Assembly: GCF_026571515.1 (NCBI RefSeq)
Contig: NW_026853814.1
Span: 1-64,000 of the forward strand
Source: Ruditapes philippinarum
Lineage: Eukaryota
Direction of reading: 5' to 3'
DNA: 64,000 nucleotides
Shown here: positions 27,601 to 41,347 of the stretch, one piece after another
How positions within the stretch are numbered: the first letter of the stretch is position 1
Layout: every line of letters starts with the position of its first letter
Notes under the pieces: generated by a model
The model's input: only the letters and a program-made list of their open reading frames with translations
What the model was told of the DNA's origin: nothing
The model's database searches: none
Program-made: the position numbers and the translations under genes

Positions 27601-30600
27601 GGCACCAAAGGGGAAAGTGAACTTTTAAAGGGCTATTTTGTCAGTTTTCGAGAAATATGGAATATATTTTCCATTAACGTGCTAAATTCTTTATTTTTCA
27701 CTCGCCGTTTAAGCTCGTAAAAATGTATGGCATTTTATCAAATTTCGTGAAAATATATTCCATATTTCACTCAAACGAAAATATAAGATCTTTTAGATGC
27801 CTTATCATTGCAATAAAAGGATATTGTTTACTAAACAAGACTGTGATGAACATTAAGTTCAATGCATCAAGACATGCAGAGCTTGAGAAATGATAAAGAT
27901 ACTACATAATTTTTGTGCACCATGGACTAACATCAAATGTATTAATGTAACGAGAAAAGCGCAAAGCAAGAAAAAAGAGCATGTTTTAGCATGTGAAATT
28001 TGTTCAGACAGAAAATGAAATGAAATTATGAATTAATGATACAGTGACATGGTCCTTTGTGATACATACAAACCCAAAAGAAGCTACAGATCGATATGCC
28101 GTTTGAATAATTTCGAAAACATCAACGGATAATGTGTGATTAATTGAAAGTCAATGTTTTTATTTTTTTTCCTTTCTGTGTTTTAAAAGATAACGTAAGT
28201 GAGTACTTGAAATTAAAAGGGAAACAATAAAAACTGTAAACATTTAAAAAGAATCTTAACCTTGAGTTTTTGAAATACATTTCTTTCATAATTTACAAGA
28301 TTTTCCGAAATGAAAAGTCGAAGAAATAGTGGTACAGAGTCGTTCAATATGTAACAAATCTGACATCAATCTTTTTGTTTATTTTTCTTATTGGTAATTT
28401 TTCGCATTAACAGGAAACAGTTAATCAACATTTAAATAGTTTGTTCCCTTACCTAGATTGTACAGGTTACCATCCATACAAGCCAAAATAAATAATATGT
28501 CGCAGTTTCTTTTATCTGTTAGCTTTTAAATATGTCAGAGATTTAATGTGATTGAAAATAAAAATGATTTTGTTACATTTATTATCATATTTTCGACATT
28601 TGTTTCTCATAAACAATTCTTGTGCAACATCAGGAAACAGTTTATAAACACTAAAACAGTGAAGATTGCACAGATTTCTGTGCATGTGTATAATCCGAGC
28701 ACAATAAACAGTAGTTTCTTTATATTTATTTATAGAACGGGACAGTCCATCTAAATAATATATAGGTACTAAGTCAAATGTCTTTAACCTTGTTTAGATT
28801 ATTTAACGCTATACACATTACCAGGTATATTGGGTATGATTTTATACCCATTTAACTGGTATGTTAAGAAGTAAAACAAAACACTTGACTCACGATTTCA
28901 ATGCAAATCTTGAAGTTCCTCAAACAGTGTTATTCTAATTGATTTCATATTTTGAAAATTATGTTTAATTGATTTTTTATTCTCTTAAAAGGAGCTTTTC
29001 CCTATTCTTTGACAGAAAAAAATAAAATTCCTTTTAAGATATTGATTCAAAGTTTCAATACAACAAAACATTGTTATATATTTATATGTGAGTAAAATGT
29101 ATGCTGTTTCTATACATGTATATATGAATTCAGGATTTTATTTTTGCTTTGACATGTCTGTATTTTCCTAAACATATATTTTGTTGATTAATCAAGAAAA
29201 TGACTAGCAAAAAAAACTTGTATCCGTTTATTGTTACTTTATACTTTTATAAAAATAAACGCATATACATCGTAATTGAGAGAGAGAGTCTACTTAATAA
29301 TTGGATACAGATAAAAAAGCAGTAAGAAACAATCCCTTTTACCGGTGCTATCAAATTGGAAAGTCGTATGTGTAATCTTCAGAACAGGAAATCAACTAAC
29401 ACAAATTAATATCTATCAATTGATAAAATTGTTTCAAAGTGCAAAACATAACGAAGGAAGAAATCGTATAATTCAATTCAAGTGCAGCTTTTTCAGATTG
29501 TGTTTGAAAATATGTGCTGAGATAAAAAAAAATGAATTTAAGTAAAACTGTTGATATTTTAAATATTCAATTATATGGGGTTTTTTTGTTCTTTTTTTGT
29601 CTTTTCAAACTTAGTAAAAAATACTCAACAAAATGCAAATAGACATGTTTATTTTTCTCTGTTATGTATGTCAATATCCACAAAATAAATATATATTTAT
29701 AATATAAAAGGAAAGTCAAGGTTAATCGTTTATCCAGAAACGTACAAAAGGTCTTTAATTCTACTCAGATGATGTAGAGATCATTAAAAGATACAATCTT
29801 CAAATGACATTTTAATACTAAGGTGACTCCTATTATAAAGAACTATCATTTTATTTGTGGTAATAACCTTGATGATACAGCAAAAAAAGTATTTAATAAT
29901 ACATATACAACTAGAAACAGCTGTGAAAGATGAGTTCAAGCTAAAGGGACAATATTACGTCATCTGCTAAAATAATGAAATTGATAAAGGGTAAAGACAA
30001 AATTGAAAATATGTGTGCAACATTTATGCTCTCTTATTATTAACCAACACAAGTAAAGGCTATTATTAACAAAAGAAAACTGAAAGGCTATTGCTGTTAC
30101 ACACATTGAGAATGCTAAAGAATTGAGAGAAAGTTTCATCCTTGTTTACTGTAGCCATGTGTTAATCCAAATTAATACATTAACAAATTATAGCTTTTCT
30201 CATATCTACTGATCTAAATAAAGCACTCTAAACGCTCAAAATCGTAATTAAATTTTATAACAAACCGTAGCCGTCTGGTAATCTTACTTCTGGGAAGAGA
30301 AGAGGGTGTTTATTAGTCTTTATTAGTCTTAAAACTTTACTAATTGCACTTTTATTGCAAGTCTATGTGTTCAATATCCACGCTTTTAAACTTTCAAAAA
30401 CAATCGTTGTTTGTGTTGTGTAAATGCCGTTAACATTTGCGATGTACATTCTATTACAGATGTTTTATTTCCGATCCTTAAATATCGTTCTGCATGACAA
30501 TATTGGTGTGTTTGTTGTATTTAAAGCTCTTTCTGTTTGTATTTTTATCTAGTTTGGAATTTCCAGTATTCATCATTTAAATATTGTTCATCACCCTTAG

Positions 30601-31035
30601 GTTATGTTGTTTGTTTTTCTGACCCTCTTTCAAAATTCTATTTTATTCAGTTTCGATTGTGTTTGATCAGGGGACAAGCGTTTGGTATTCCGGGCCGAAA
30701 ACCCGTTTTTCATGGCATAGCACTTATGAACACATCTGAGGATGTTTGTAAATTCAAAAGTTTACCAGTGTATATCAAATTCTACTTAAGCTGGAGCTAG
30801 AAGACGTAGACAGATGCTTTACCTCTCCAGTACCGTTCAATGGAACATACTAAATTCAACCGATCCTGCAATATTTTAAATATTGCTAGTTAGTTTAGAC
30901 GTTCTTTAGGGATTCCGTTTTTATCATTTACATAACAGGATAAGATTCAGTGATCGAAGAGATGCATATAAATACAGTTCGCTTACGATTTGTTTTGGTC
31001 ATTTATTGCTATTGAAAAGAAACTAAAATATATAA

Positions 31036-31280
31036 GGGCTTCCGTTGCCGAGTGAATAATGTCGTTGACTTCAAACCACTTGCCCCTTACCGCTGTAGGT
31101 TCAAATCCCATAAGGAACATTAATTGTTTCCATTTGAGGAAGCTATTTAGCTAGCTTATGGGATGTTAGGGCTTCTACTACTCAGGTACCCGCTTTTGCC
31201 TGAAATAATGCAAACAGTAAAGCTAGAAAGTCGCCATATGACCTCTACTGTGTTGGTGCGACGTAAAATTCAACCAAAAA
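31036..31280 (+). mobile_element. SINE family 1, duplicated paralog of 21175-21420
   Basis: Same position in the duplicated unit and the same internal deletion. Confidence 0.85.
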
Positions 31281-34200
31281 CATGTTGCTACCAAAATCAG
31301 TTTACGTCTTGTAACTAGGGGAATTAGTCTTACGGACGAATAAGTGTCACTTTACGTTTTAAACTTATGTCTCATATGAATATTTCAAAGTGGCACATGT
31401 GTGCCTGTTAACTTGGTCTACATTAGTCACATTGGGTAATTGGGACATTTAAGTTGACGTCAGAACGCTTTAAGTTAAGGATACATCATAAAGATATTCT
31501 TTTTTTTGCTTTATGTTACAAAAAATGCAAATTGTTGATGCTACAAAAAATGCAATTGTTATACTTCCAGAGTATTTAGGTCGTTTTGTTAAAACTAATG
31601 GAAACAGATAAGAAAAGTGTACGATATGTAGGTTAAACCATTTATCATAATTCTCCTTCTAACCACTTAAACGAACTTTTTGTACTTATTCCGTGTAAAG
31701 TATACTGGGAAGACCGCTGTTGCAAAACTGCATAACATTTAATACTTTCGTTCAAATCTATAAAATTCTATATTTGACAGATGGTGATATAAAACCTTGA
31801 TCAGTTTATAAGGTGTGATTGAACCGTACTTTGAATAAACGTGTTCAAGAGCTAAACTTAAAAGTAATTATTGCTGCTCGGTAAGTGTTGCGTTCATTTA
31901 ATTTGTCTGCAGAAAATAATAACTGCTTTATGTTTGGCTTTTATCCATAGACTCCTTACTTGTTATTGTTAAGACGATACATGTTATTCTTTGATTAATA
32001 TGTGAAGCATAGCAGCATCCTCGTAGTAATAATGAGAATTTCTTGGTTGTTCGTCTATTTCGTCTTTCTACAATAAAATGTTTTAATTAAAACGGATAAA
32101 AACTATATACCTCAAGACTGATCTGTGCTTTTCACAATAGGGAGCTTTCATTTTTTTATCTTGGACAAAACAAGCTTAAAACGTAAATAGGATTTGAATT
32201 AATATTTGTCTCGGGTATTTAACATTGAACTGGATATCTTGATTTTCTTTTTTAACAACACAAAGCTATCCTAATAGCATTTGTTTTGAAACTTTCACTT
32301 CAACTGTCTGCAAAATTACCTACGAGCAGAAGTTAATAAGTAGTTGAATCAGATCAAGATTTACATTTATTGTGAGACTGCATGTTCAATATTTATTTTG
32401 GGAGAGGTCATTTCGTTCGATACTGTTTTCAGTTGACGCAGAAAGAAACTGTTCTGTTAATGCAGAATTTATGTTTTGTTGGTTTGTTTCTCTGGCTTGT
32501 TTGTTTGTGTTTTTTGTCTGATTTGTACGCCGATTTTAACACGTTTTGTCATATTTTAGCTGTCGGTGCACATAAACGGACTTTCTGGAAAACCGTCAAG
32601 TAATTAGAAATGTCTTCTATTACTAACCCGAATGATTCAATTAGACAGAATCAGCGGTGAGAGAAAAGAAATAATAAGAAATAATTATTTTTAAGTATAA
32701 GATACATATTTTTTAAAGATTTCATTAAAAGAGTACCTTCATCACGCCATATATTAACACTGGCTATAGCTTTTGCTCATCGGAGCGGCGGTTGAGTATT
32801 CGTCGTATAAGCGGTGGATAGAGAGCCGTTTGCTGCTTGTCGGAGGAAGATGTAGATAATGATTGAACTTACAAGTATCATGGAACCATGCTGAAAATTT
32901 TAAAATCATGCGTAAACACATTGTCATCTATGAAATACAAATATTAAGGTAAGTGCGCTGGTCTCTACATAAAGGGGAATTGTTTCACATGGAACATAAC
33001 GCATTTGTTTTGCATTGGATAGAAATAAAACATCTGAATTTTTCGTTGACTTTTTGAAATTAGGAAAAAAGCTTGTTTTGAAGAAATTTAAATGAATGTA
33101 TTTTAAAGTTTTTGAGATGATTTGGATAGTGCTGTGTGGCTTCAAAAACTTTAATATCAGCCTTTTATATGGTAAAATGAGGTCACACGTGTATGGTTTT
33201 TTATATGTTGGTTAGATTTGGTGATTTTTTTTCTATTGTTGGTCAATTGCTTAAGAAAAGTTTCTCTATCGTTTAATTGGGATAAAAATAATTAATAACC
33301 AAGGCTTTACGAGCGTGTCACGTCTGTCAAGTTATAAATAAGATACATGGTGTCGGATTCCCGGCACAATACGACATTGATTGTAGCGTACCCGTCATGT
33401 CACAGTATATCAAGAGTACTACTAGTACGACGTAATGAACTTTGCCTTTAAATTCAACAACTGCGCACATCTACACAGACATTCGTCTACGTAGGCAATG
33501 CACAGCAGACCATTCCTTCGCAGCAGCCAATTTACGTATAATTATGTCATAGTTGTTTGTTTGTTTCTTTTTTTGATGTTTTTTTTTTTTTGTATTTCTG
33601 TGCAAAAAACATTTTTGTTTTCATTCATATGTATAAACCCTTTCCTGTTGACTAAAACACTTTAAATTAGAAATAATACCACAAAATTAAAAAAACAATT
33701 GAAAGTTGGGAATTTTATTGTCTTTATAAAGGTCAAATAAAATAATGATCTGCTTGTGAATTCAAAATTGCAGGTTTTGTCTGCATTTGCATTTTCAGTT
33801 TCAATATTTGATGTTATTTAACACAATACGAAGAAAGCAAAATATAAAAAGAATATTGCGTAATCAAAGGTTCTTCAATAAAATTGATCAATAAAGATTT
33901 TCACAATAAATAGGAAAGATATTTGTCTAAATTGACAGTGTGTACGTTGTGAAAACAAATTAAAGACATTTATATTAAAGTAATTTTACACATATATCAA
34001 TTATATACTCTAAAAGGTATAAAAGTAACATCCAAGTGACAGTAAGTATTTCATTTGCCTTAATATATTATAAAAGATCTAATGTCCTGCAAAATGCGGT
34101 CATTATATCCAAATTGAAGGGATATGATGTGTTATTTTAAGTATTTCAACTAAATTAATACGTTATGAAAATGGTGTCCTATAAAATTCCAAATATCAGT

Positions 34201-36136
34201 GATATGATGTGAAATAGTTCTGTGATTTTTACGTAATATGACTTTAATTTATAAAAAAAAATTGTATGTCCTTTAAAATTAAGCCACAAGACTCAATGTG
34301 CAGTGATATGTTTATTCAAATACTTGTTTATGAAAACAATCTACAACTTTATCTGTATTAAACAAACTGACGGAAATATATTTCATAGTGCAAACAAATG
34401 GACCATTGTCTTAACTTTTAATTCGTAGTTCGTCCTAGTTTAGTTTTTTGTATATTACATTTCCTATACTCTTATAGTGACTTATTATATTCTGTTATGT
34501 AAATCATAAGTTGAAAATAAGATTTGCAATAAAAGTGAAAAAGTAATCCAGTTTGCAGACTATAAAACATATTTCTGCCCAGAAGTTAACTAAACAGATG
34601 GTTACGGAGTGTTAATGAATTTTATTACAATTTTAGGAGTGTTACCATCAGAACAGATAGGATAAGAACAGTTATAAATTTAGCTTTAATTTATTGCATT
34701 TAGATAACAAAATGCTGTAATAGAAAGGGAATTGATTTGTCGTATCTTGTTAAATGTTGCACTCAAAGCACATATTACATGCTTACCATTCTTTTTGTAC
34801 CATAATGGAAGATGATAAACTGTCATTGTATCCATTAATTAAATATGATCTGCAAAAGTTATTAGACTTGCTGATATTTGAATACCCAAGTGCTCTTACG
34901 TTTTAAATAGCTATTTAAAGTCTATTGTAATGTGTCTTTATGTTTTGTGTAATGATTAATTATACAATTGGCAAGCAATATATGTAATATATTATTAATG
35001 TATTATTAATTGCGTAAAAGGTTAATTAAAATGTATTTACTGACTACGAAACAGGCAGATTTATCATTAAATGAAATACATGTTCAACTTTTCTTTGCAC
35101 TTTACCTAAGGCGCCCTGATACTGATTTTCAAACTTGATATCTTTAAACTGTATTCAATTAACTAAATACGTTAGTAAACTAATTCCCGTTATATGCAAA
35201 TGAAAGGAAAGATTGCAAAGTGTAGTGCTATAAACAAAACAATATAGTAAAACATACAACTTCGAAAACTGCAGACATTGGTTGGTTGATTGATTGATTA
35301 TTTGATTGATTGGGATAAATCGATCGATTGATTATGTTCAAGACAGGCAACTTAAAGACTGACATTTCAAGCACATCATAACATCGGCTTAAACAGTATT
35401 CATTCTCCGACCCAAAATGTATTGAAACATTTTTCTGTTGGGCATATGTTTTATAACAGACACGCCTTGGATAATCGAATGTAATTAGGTTGTTTACATT
35501 TTTTACCATTGTACATAAATGCACAGTTACCAGGAATATGGAATCATTAAATTTAAGCAAGGAATTCCGTTAAAAAAATATCTTGTTAAATGGTGTTAAT
35601 ATTAAGACTGCACAAAAAAATTATTATGCATTTGTAGATAAAATGAATAGTTTGATTGTTTTTATCATTTTTAATATACAACCTGTTTTCCAAATGATGC
35701 GCATGTACATGTTTACACAAAATTGCAGTACATGTTATATTTATAAGTCCAGTCATAATATCAAGCAACAACCTTGCTGACATCCGTCTGTACAAAACAA
35801 CAAAATTGTTTTTTTTGTTTTAACAAAAAATTATGTGACTTTGTGTCTGAAATTTCAAAATAACTGCACCTAAAACAATAACTACATTTAATTATCGCCA
35901 TTTGATGACTTTCTCTTTCTCTTTTTTTTCGTTAGATTTGATGTCTTTTGATCATTTGAAAATAACACAATTCAAATTTGAATTTGTTGTTCAAGTTTAT
36001 ATGATAACCTTTAACCTGACAATGTTTCTTATTCAGAAATGCATGACATTAAATAATTGTAATATAGTCTCTGACACAATTGATACTAAATCCGTGGTTA
36101 TGGTAATTGTTCATGAAATCTTGAAAAGAGAAAACA

Positions 36137-36220
36137 TCAACAACAACAAAAACAACAACAACAACAACAACAAAAAACAACAAAAAAAACAACAACAACA
36201 AAATAACACACACACACACA
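36137..36220. repeat. (CAA)n/(CA)n microsatellite
   Basis: Seen directly; longer than its paralog at about 25195-25225. Confidence 0.9.
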
Positions 36221-39200
36221 CGCAAATCATAACGCATGATTACCATTATTATTTTTCATCATAATGTCTTACTATATGGCAAATCTTACGGATAAAAAAT
36301 CATTACTATTATTGCATTTTTGCAACAGGTTCAGTAAATCATTCCTGCAGCAAACATCGAAATTTTGCAAAGATTTGTTTTGACAAATTGTGTTTTCTTA
36401 CAAACAATTAATAGTCAGTACCACGTAAACTAATATTATATAACTCAACGACTGGTGAATCTGGTTCATTCTTTTAAAATATTGACTTGTGCAGCAGGAA
36501 TATCTTACTTAACCTGTTCAAAAATTTAAACAAAAATGTCGTGATTTCACTTTCGCAAACAACAAAAAAATATGCATATCTCAACCAGGCGATCAAAACA
36601 ACGGTAAATGGAAAATTTAATAAGTACAGTGTTTACAATGTTGCATCAGAAATTTTAAAATTTCCGAGCACTATGAACAACATTAATCCACAGCGATAAT
36701 ATTGCAAGGAAAAAAAGACCAGCAAAAATGTGTTACGTCAGACTGATCAGCAATCAATTAAAGTTCTGTACACAGAATATTGACACAAATATTTGGACCC
36801 TAGCTATTGATTAAAGACGATATGAATGGAATAAAAGCCTTCATGATGAGATAATTTTATTGAATCATGTTGACGTCGAAAAGACGCCGTGACTTGCACC
36901 GCTACCTTTTTACTGCACTGTTTAAAATGTCTGTCTTGTTAACCCATATTATTGAATATATACAATTGTGCTTGTAATTTAGAAGCATATCGAATTTTAG
37001 TAAATACGTGTATTCGAATACAATATGACGATTTGTTTTATTTCATAGACTTATATTAGGGGCAAATCCTGCAAATACCACTGAACACTTTTTGTGTTGT
37101 TTTGTTGTTGGTGTTGTGGTTGTTTGATTGATTGTATTTTATTAGCTACAAGAGTACTTCTCCATAAGTATTTCTTCATTCTTTCAAATGAATATTAATT
37201 TTTAGTTTGTTGTGCAGAATTAAGTCATTTAGTAAGAACTTATTTCTTTAGTTAATGACGAAAATGGATTCACATACATCAAAACATATGATGAGGTTTG
37301 AAGAAAATATATAGATTAAGAACAATTACAAATAAAAAATGAGTGACTAGTGTAATGGTCATAATGTTTCAAAAGGGATAAATTTGTAGTGTTCTTCTAA
37401 CGGAAACCAAACAAAACCACACAAAATAAAAAAAAATGAAAAGACAAACAAAACATAGAATAATTAAAAAGAAAAAAAACACAATCAAATGCAAATATTT
37501 TTTTTTACTTCGCAACAAGATAAAACAGAAATAAATAAATCCCTCTCAAGAAAGATGCAATTTTGATGCATAATACCCAAATAATTAACAAAATACAATT
37601 TTTTAGATAAGTATAAGCTTGTGCCTTTGACATTCAACTGAATAATCAACGCTTGATATTTGACAAGAAGTAATTTTCGAGTAGAACAAACTGAGATACT
37701 AAGCTTGTCATTCAATATCTCTGAAGATATCTTAATTTTCCTGTCCATGTGGCAACGAAAAGCTGATAGCTTCAATAGAGTTATATATCTTATACTTATA
37801 TACTAATTCATTTGTGAGCTTCGAAACTGTGATGTCATTATTGAAAAGGATTTATCTCCCGCTTCTAATACAAATGAAATTATAGAAACAATTAATCTGT
37901 TGCCAGAAGGGGGTATTCCGTAATTTCTACAAGTAGGTTATCATAAATTGTCTAGACAAAGTATCAATTTCGTGGTTCGTGCTTTTGTAACATATTCTTA
38001 CAATTATCGATAATTGATGCAATCTTTATTTGAAGTGACACAATCTAATGATTAATTTTAAGAGTTGCATTTACGTCATGAAGAAGAAAAAGTTATGATT
38101 GCCATATCTCAATTATAAACACAAAGCTTCAAGCCAAAAGTATATTTTTATTGATATGATATTAAGTCTTGAAACTTTACAATCTAAAAAATACCTTGAC
38201 ATGATATCATACAATTATTTTGAGATTGACCTGAATCATGATAAGCAGTGGTACTGTAATTCGAAAATGAGTAATAAAATATTTCAAACATTTTGTAAAT
38301 CAACAGTAGTCATGTTGATCTTATACGGAACAATAATTTTTTAAACGTCAATCATTTACATTAAATGCAATGTTAAAGAAATGCTATTCACAAGTACTAA
38401 AAAGGAGAGATCAGAAAAACAATAAAAAGCTAAAAGGGCATAATACTCGTAGCAAAAAAAAAACTGTTTTTAGCAAATTACCAAGGAGTAACGTTTGGTT
38501 TTTGTAATATAATCATTTATTAAATTTTACCCCTAAAATATGGTGCTATATTAGCGAGATTAAGATTACATTTGTGAGAAAAGAAATATGAAAAATAAAT
38601 ATGAAAGTGGGCGAAACTATGATAAATTGTGTATTGAATTTGAACCATGTCACACCGTCACACACCTATAATTAATCAATATATTACGGTACAAATGCAA
38701 CTGCACGGCAAAAAGATGAGTTTTCCTAATATGTAAACTGGTTATTTTGACATTTTTCGAGTAATATGGAATATATTTTCACTTAACATGATAAAATTCT
38801 TTATATTTCACATGGTCGTGACTTTGAGATAGGTACAAATCCAAAACAAGAAAACGTTATATTTACAAAGCTACAGATAGCTATGCCAATTATTATTTTG
38901 AAGAAATTCAACGTATAATGTATGATTAATTGAAAGTACAAATATTTTTATTTTTTCCTTGCTGTGTTATAAAAAATAACGTAAGTGAATACTTGAAATT
39001 AAAAAGAAAACAATATAAGATGATAACACTTCAAAAGAATCTTTACCTCGAGTTTTTAAAATACATTTCTTTCATAATATAAATATTATTTCCAAAATGA
39101 AATAACTTGTTTTATTCATGTGTGATTTACATGTACAAGATTTGACGAAATGGAAAGTTTCAGAAATAGACAGGATCGTTCAATATGTAACAAATCTGGC

Positions 39201-40240
39201 ATCAATTATTTTGTTTATTTTTCTCATTGGCAATTCTTTTGCATTAACAGGAAACAGTTAATTAACATTTAAATAGTTTGTTCTCTTACCTAGATTGCAC
39301 AGGTACCATCCATACAAGCCAAAATAAATAATATTGCAGTTTCTTTCATCTGTAAGCTTTTAATATGTCAGAGATTTGATGTGATTGAAACTAAAAATGA
39401 TTTTGATACATTTTTGTGGTTTAAAGTATATTCTTTAGTTCATTTAAAATCATATTAACGATATTTGTTTTTCTCATAAGCAATTCTTGCGCAACAACAG
39501 GAAACAGTTAATTAACACTAAAATAGTTTGTGCTCTTACCTAAGATTACTCAGGTTTCTATGCATGTGTATTATAATCCGAGCACGATAAACAGATGTTT
39601 CTTCATATTTATTTATAGTGCGGAACAGTCCATATAAATACTATATAGGTACTAAGTCAACTGTTGCACATCTAAGTGATTGTACGTTTGACTGATAATT
39701 GTAAAAGTAAGTAATAAACGTCGCAAAAGCTCAATCGGTAAACACTAAGTTCAAAAAGAACCTATTCCAGACAGAGGCAGACATTTTAAGAGAAACGAAA
39801 ATACAATATCTTTCAGTTCATATGCGTAATCATGTATTTATTTTGTCAGACAGTATGTAATTTAAAAAAAGAAATAAAATGAAACAATTTCCACAAAGTT
39901 TCGAACTCACTAGCTTAATTCACTGTCATATCAATAAGCGCTAAATATTGTGCTATAGTGTCAAACGAAGATGATATCTCATTAAGTATAATTTGTATAT
40001 TTTTTAAAGTAAGTATTTGGTTAATCACTTGCAGTTTACCATTGTTTACCTGAGATCATTTTTTTATGGACTGTGCTTGATGATCATGTTCAAACTATAC
40101 GTGCTATGATAAATAATATTACAATATTATATTTCTTTCATCTGTAAGTTGTTAATGTATCAGTAATTTGAAGTGATAGTAACCTATTTTTATGAATATT
40201 TTTAATGATTTTGTTTGATGCATTTGTTTTTGTTCGATGC

Positions 40241-40830
40241 ATAGTTTGCTCACCTATCACAAAGTGACATGATTACAATTTGTGAGGGCAAGTCGTCCGT
40301 CAGTCCGTCCGTACGTAAACTTTTACTTTAAACGACACCTCCTCTTAAACCCCTAAGCCAATTTCATTTAAACTTTCCAGGTGTGTTCCTTGGGCGGTCA
40401 CCTTTTAAATATTGCTCAAAAAATTGAACTCCATGCTGAACTGGTTACTATGAGAACGGAAAGAAAAAACTTTAAAATTCTTCTTAAAAAAACAAAGAGC
40501 TAAAACTTAGATATTTAGCATGAAACTTTTCCTAGTGGCTGTCTACTAAGTTAATTCAAATAAAATCGCTTCCAAGGTCAAAATTTGCCCCACCCAAGGT
40601 AGTCATTTATTTTCTTGATATGCATATAGAAAACAAATCTTCTTTTTTAAAAAAACCAAAAGACCTAAAGTTTAGAAGATATTTAGAATGAAATATCTCT
40701 ACTGGATGTCTACCAAATTTCATCAAATAAAAGCCCTAGGGTCAAAACTGCCCCCCTATTGGCTCCTTGATTTTCCTTATATGTTTATAGGTAAAACAAA
40801 ATGAAAAAGGCCAAAGAGTTAAAGCTTAGA
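40241..40830 (+). mobile_element. 5' part of a degraded HINE/Helentron-type element
   Basis: GCTCACCTATCACAAAGTGACA head, (GTCC)n microsatellite, then two diverged internal repeats. Confidence 0.6.
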
Positions 40831-41347
40831 CCTCTTAAGCTTAGTTTTCATAGCAACCAGTTACTTTAAAACAGCCATTGGCTTTGCATAGCAAACTGTA
40901 AATTTCACCAGCAGGAATTAACTTTCCATAGCAATGATTGAATCTACCATTGAATTTCATAGTTTAAATTAAAGTATAGTTCTATCAAATGTTATCAATG
41001 ACATTCTTGCAAATGACCATGGACAATTTTTGATGACAATTTGATACTTATCATGGTGACCTTAATGCACTGCATAGTCCAATTATTACTTATTTCACAA
41101 TAAAATCTGAATGTCATTTGGTTTAAGTAAGATAATCATGTATCATTATCAAGTCCTCAAATTTCTATATAATTGATTTTCTTAATAACAAAGAATTTTC
41201 TCGTCTCCCTCTAGAACAAAAAAAGGAAATTCTGCCGTGGAAGATCTTCAGTGACATTATGCATTTTCAACAAACTTATAACAATTTGACTACAATTCTT
41301 TCTCAACAAAAAATAACATATTTTCTCAACTTTTTTTGCTAGATATA

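Larger units (their letters stand above)
19058..28783. repeat. Tandem segmental duplication, copy 1 (about 9.7 kb)
   Basis: Colinear with 28784-39661 from ACCTTGTT.AGATTATTT.ACGCTATACACAT through TATATAGGTACTAAGTCAA, with many substitutions and indels. Confidence 0.95.
28784..39661. repeat. Tandem segmental duplication, copy 2 (about 10.9 kb)
   Basis: As for copy 1; carries copy-specific sequence at about 32090-33920 and 35160-35450. Confidence 0.95.

Noticed and set aside
35902-36264. Asn/Gln-rich 120-aa ORF and its antisense poly-Val ORF
   Set aside because: These are translations of a (CAA)n microsatellite, and the frame is not kept in the paralogous copy.
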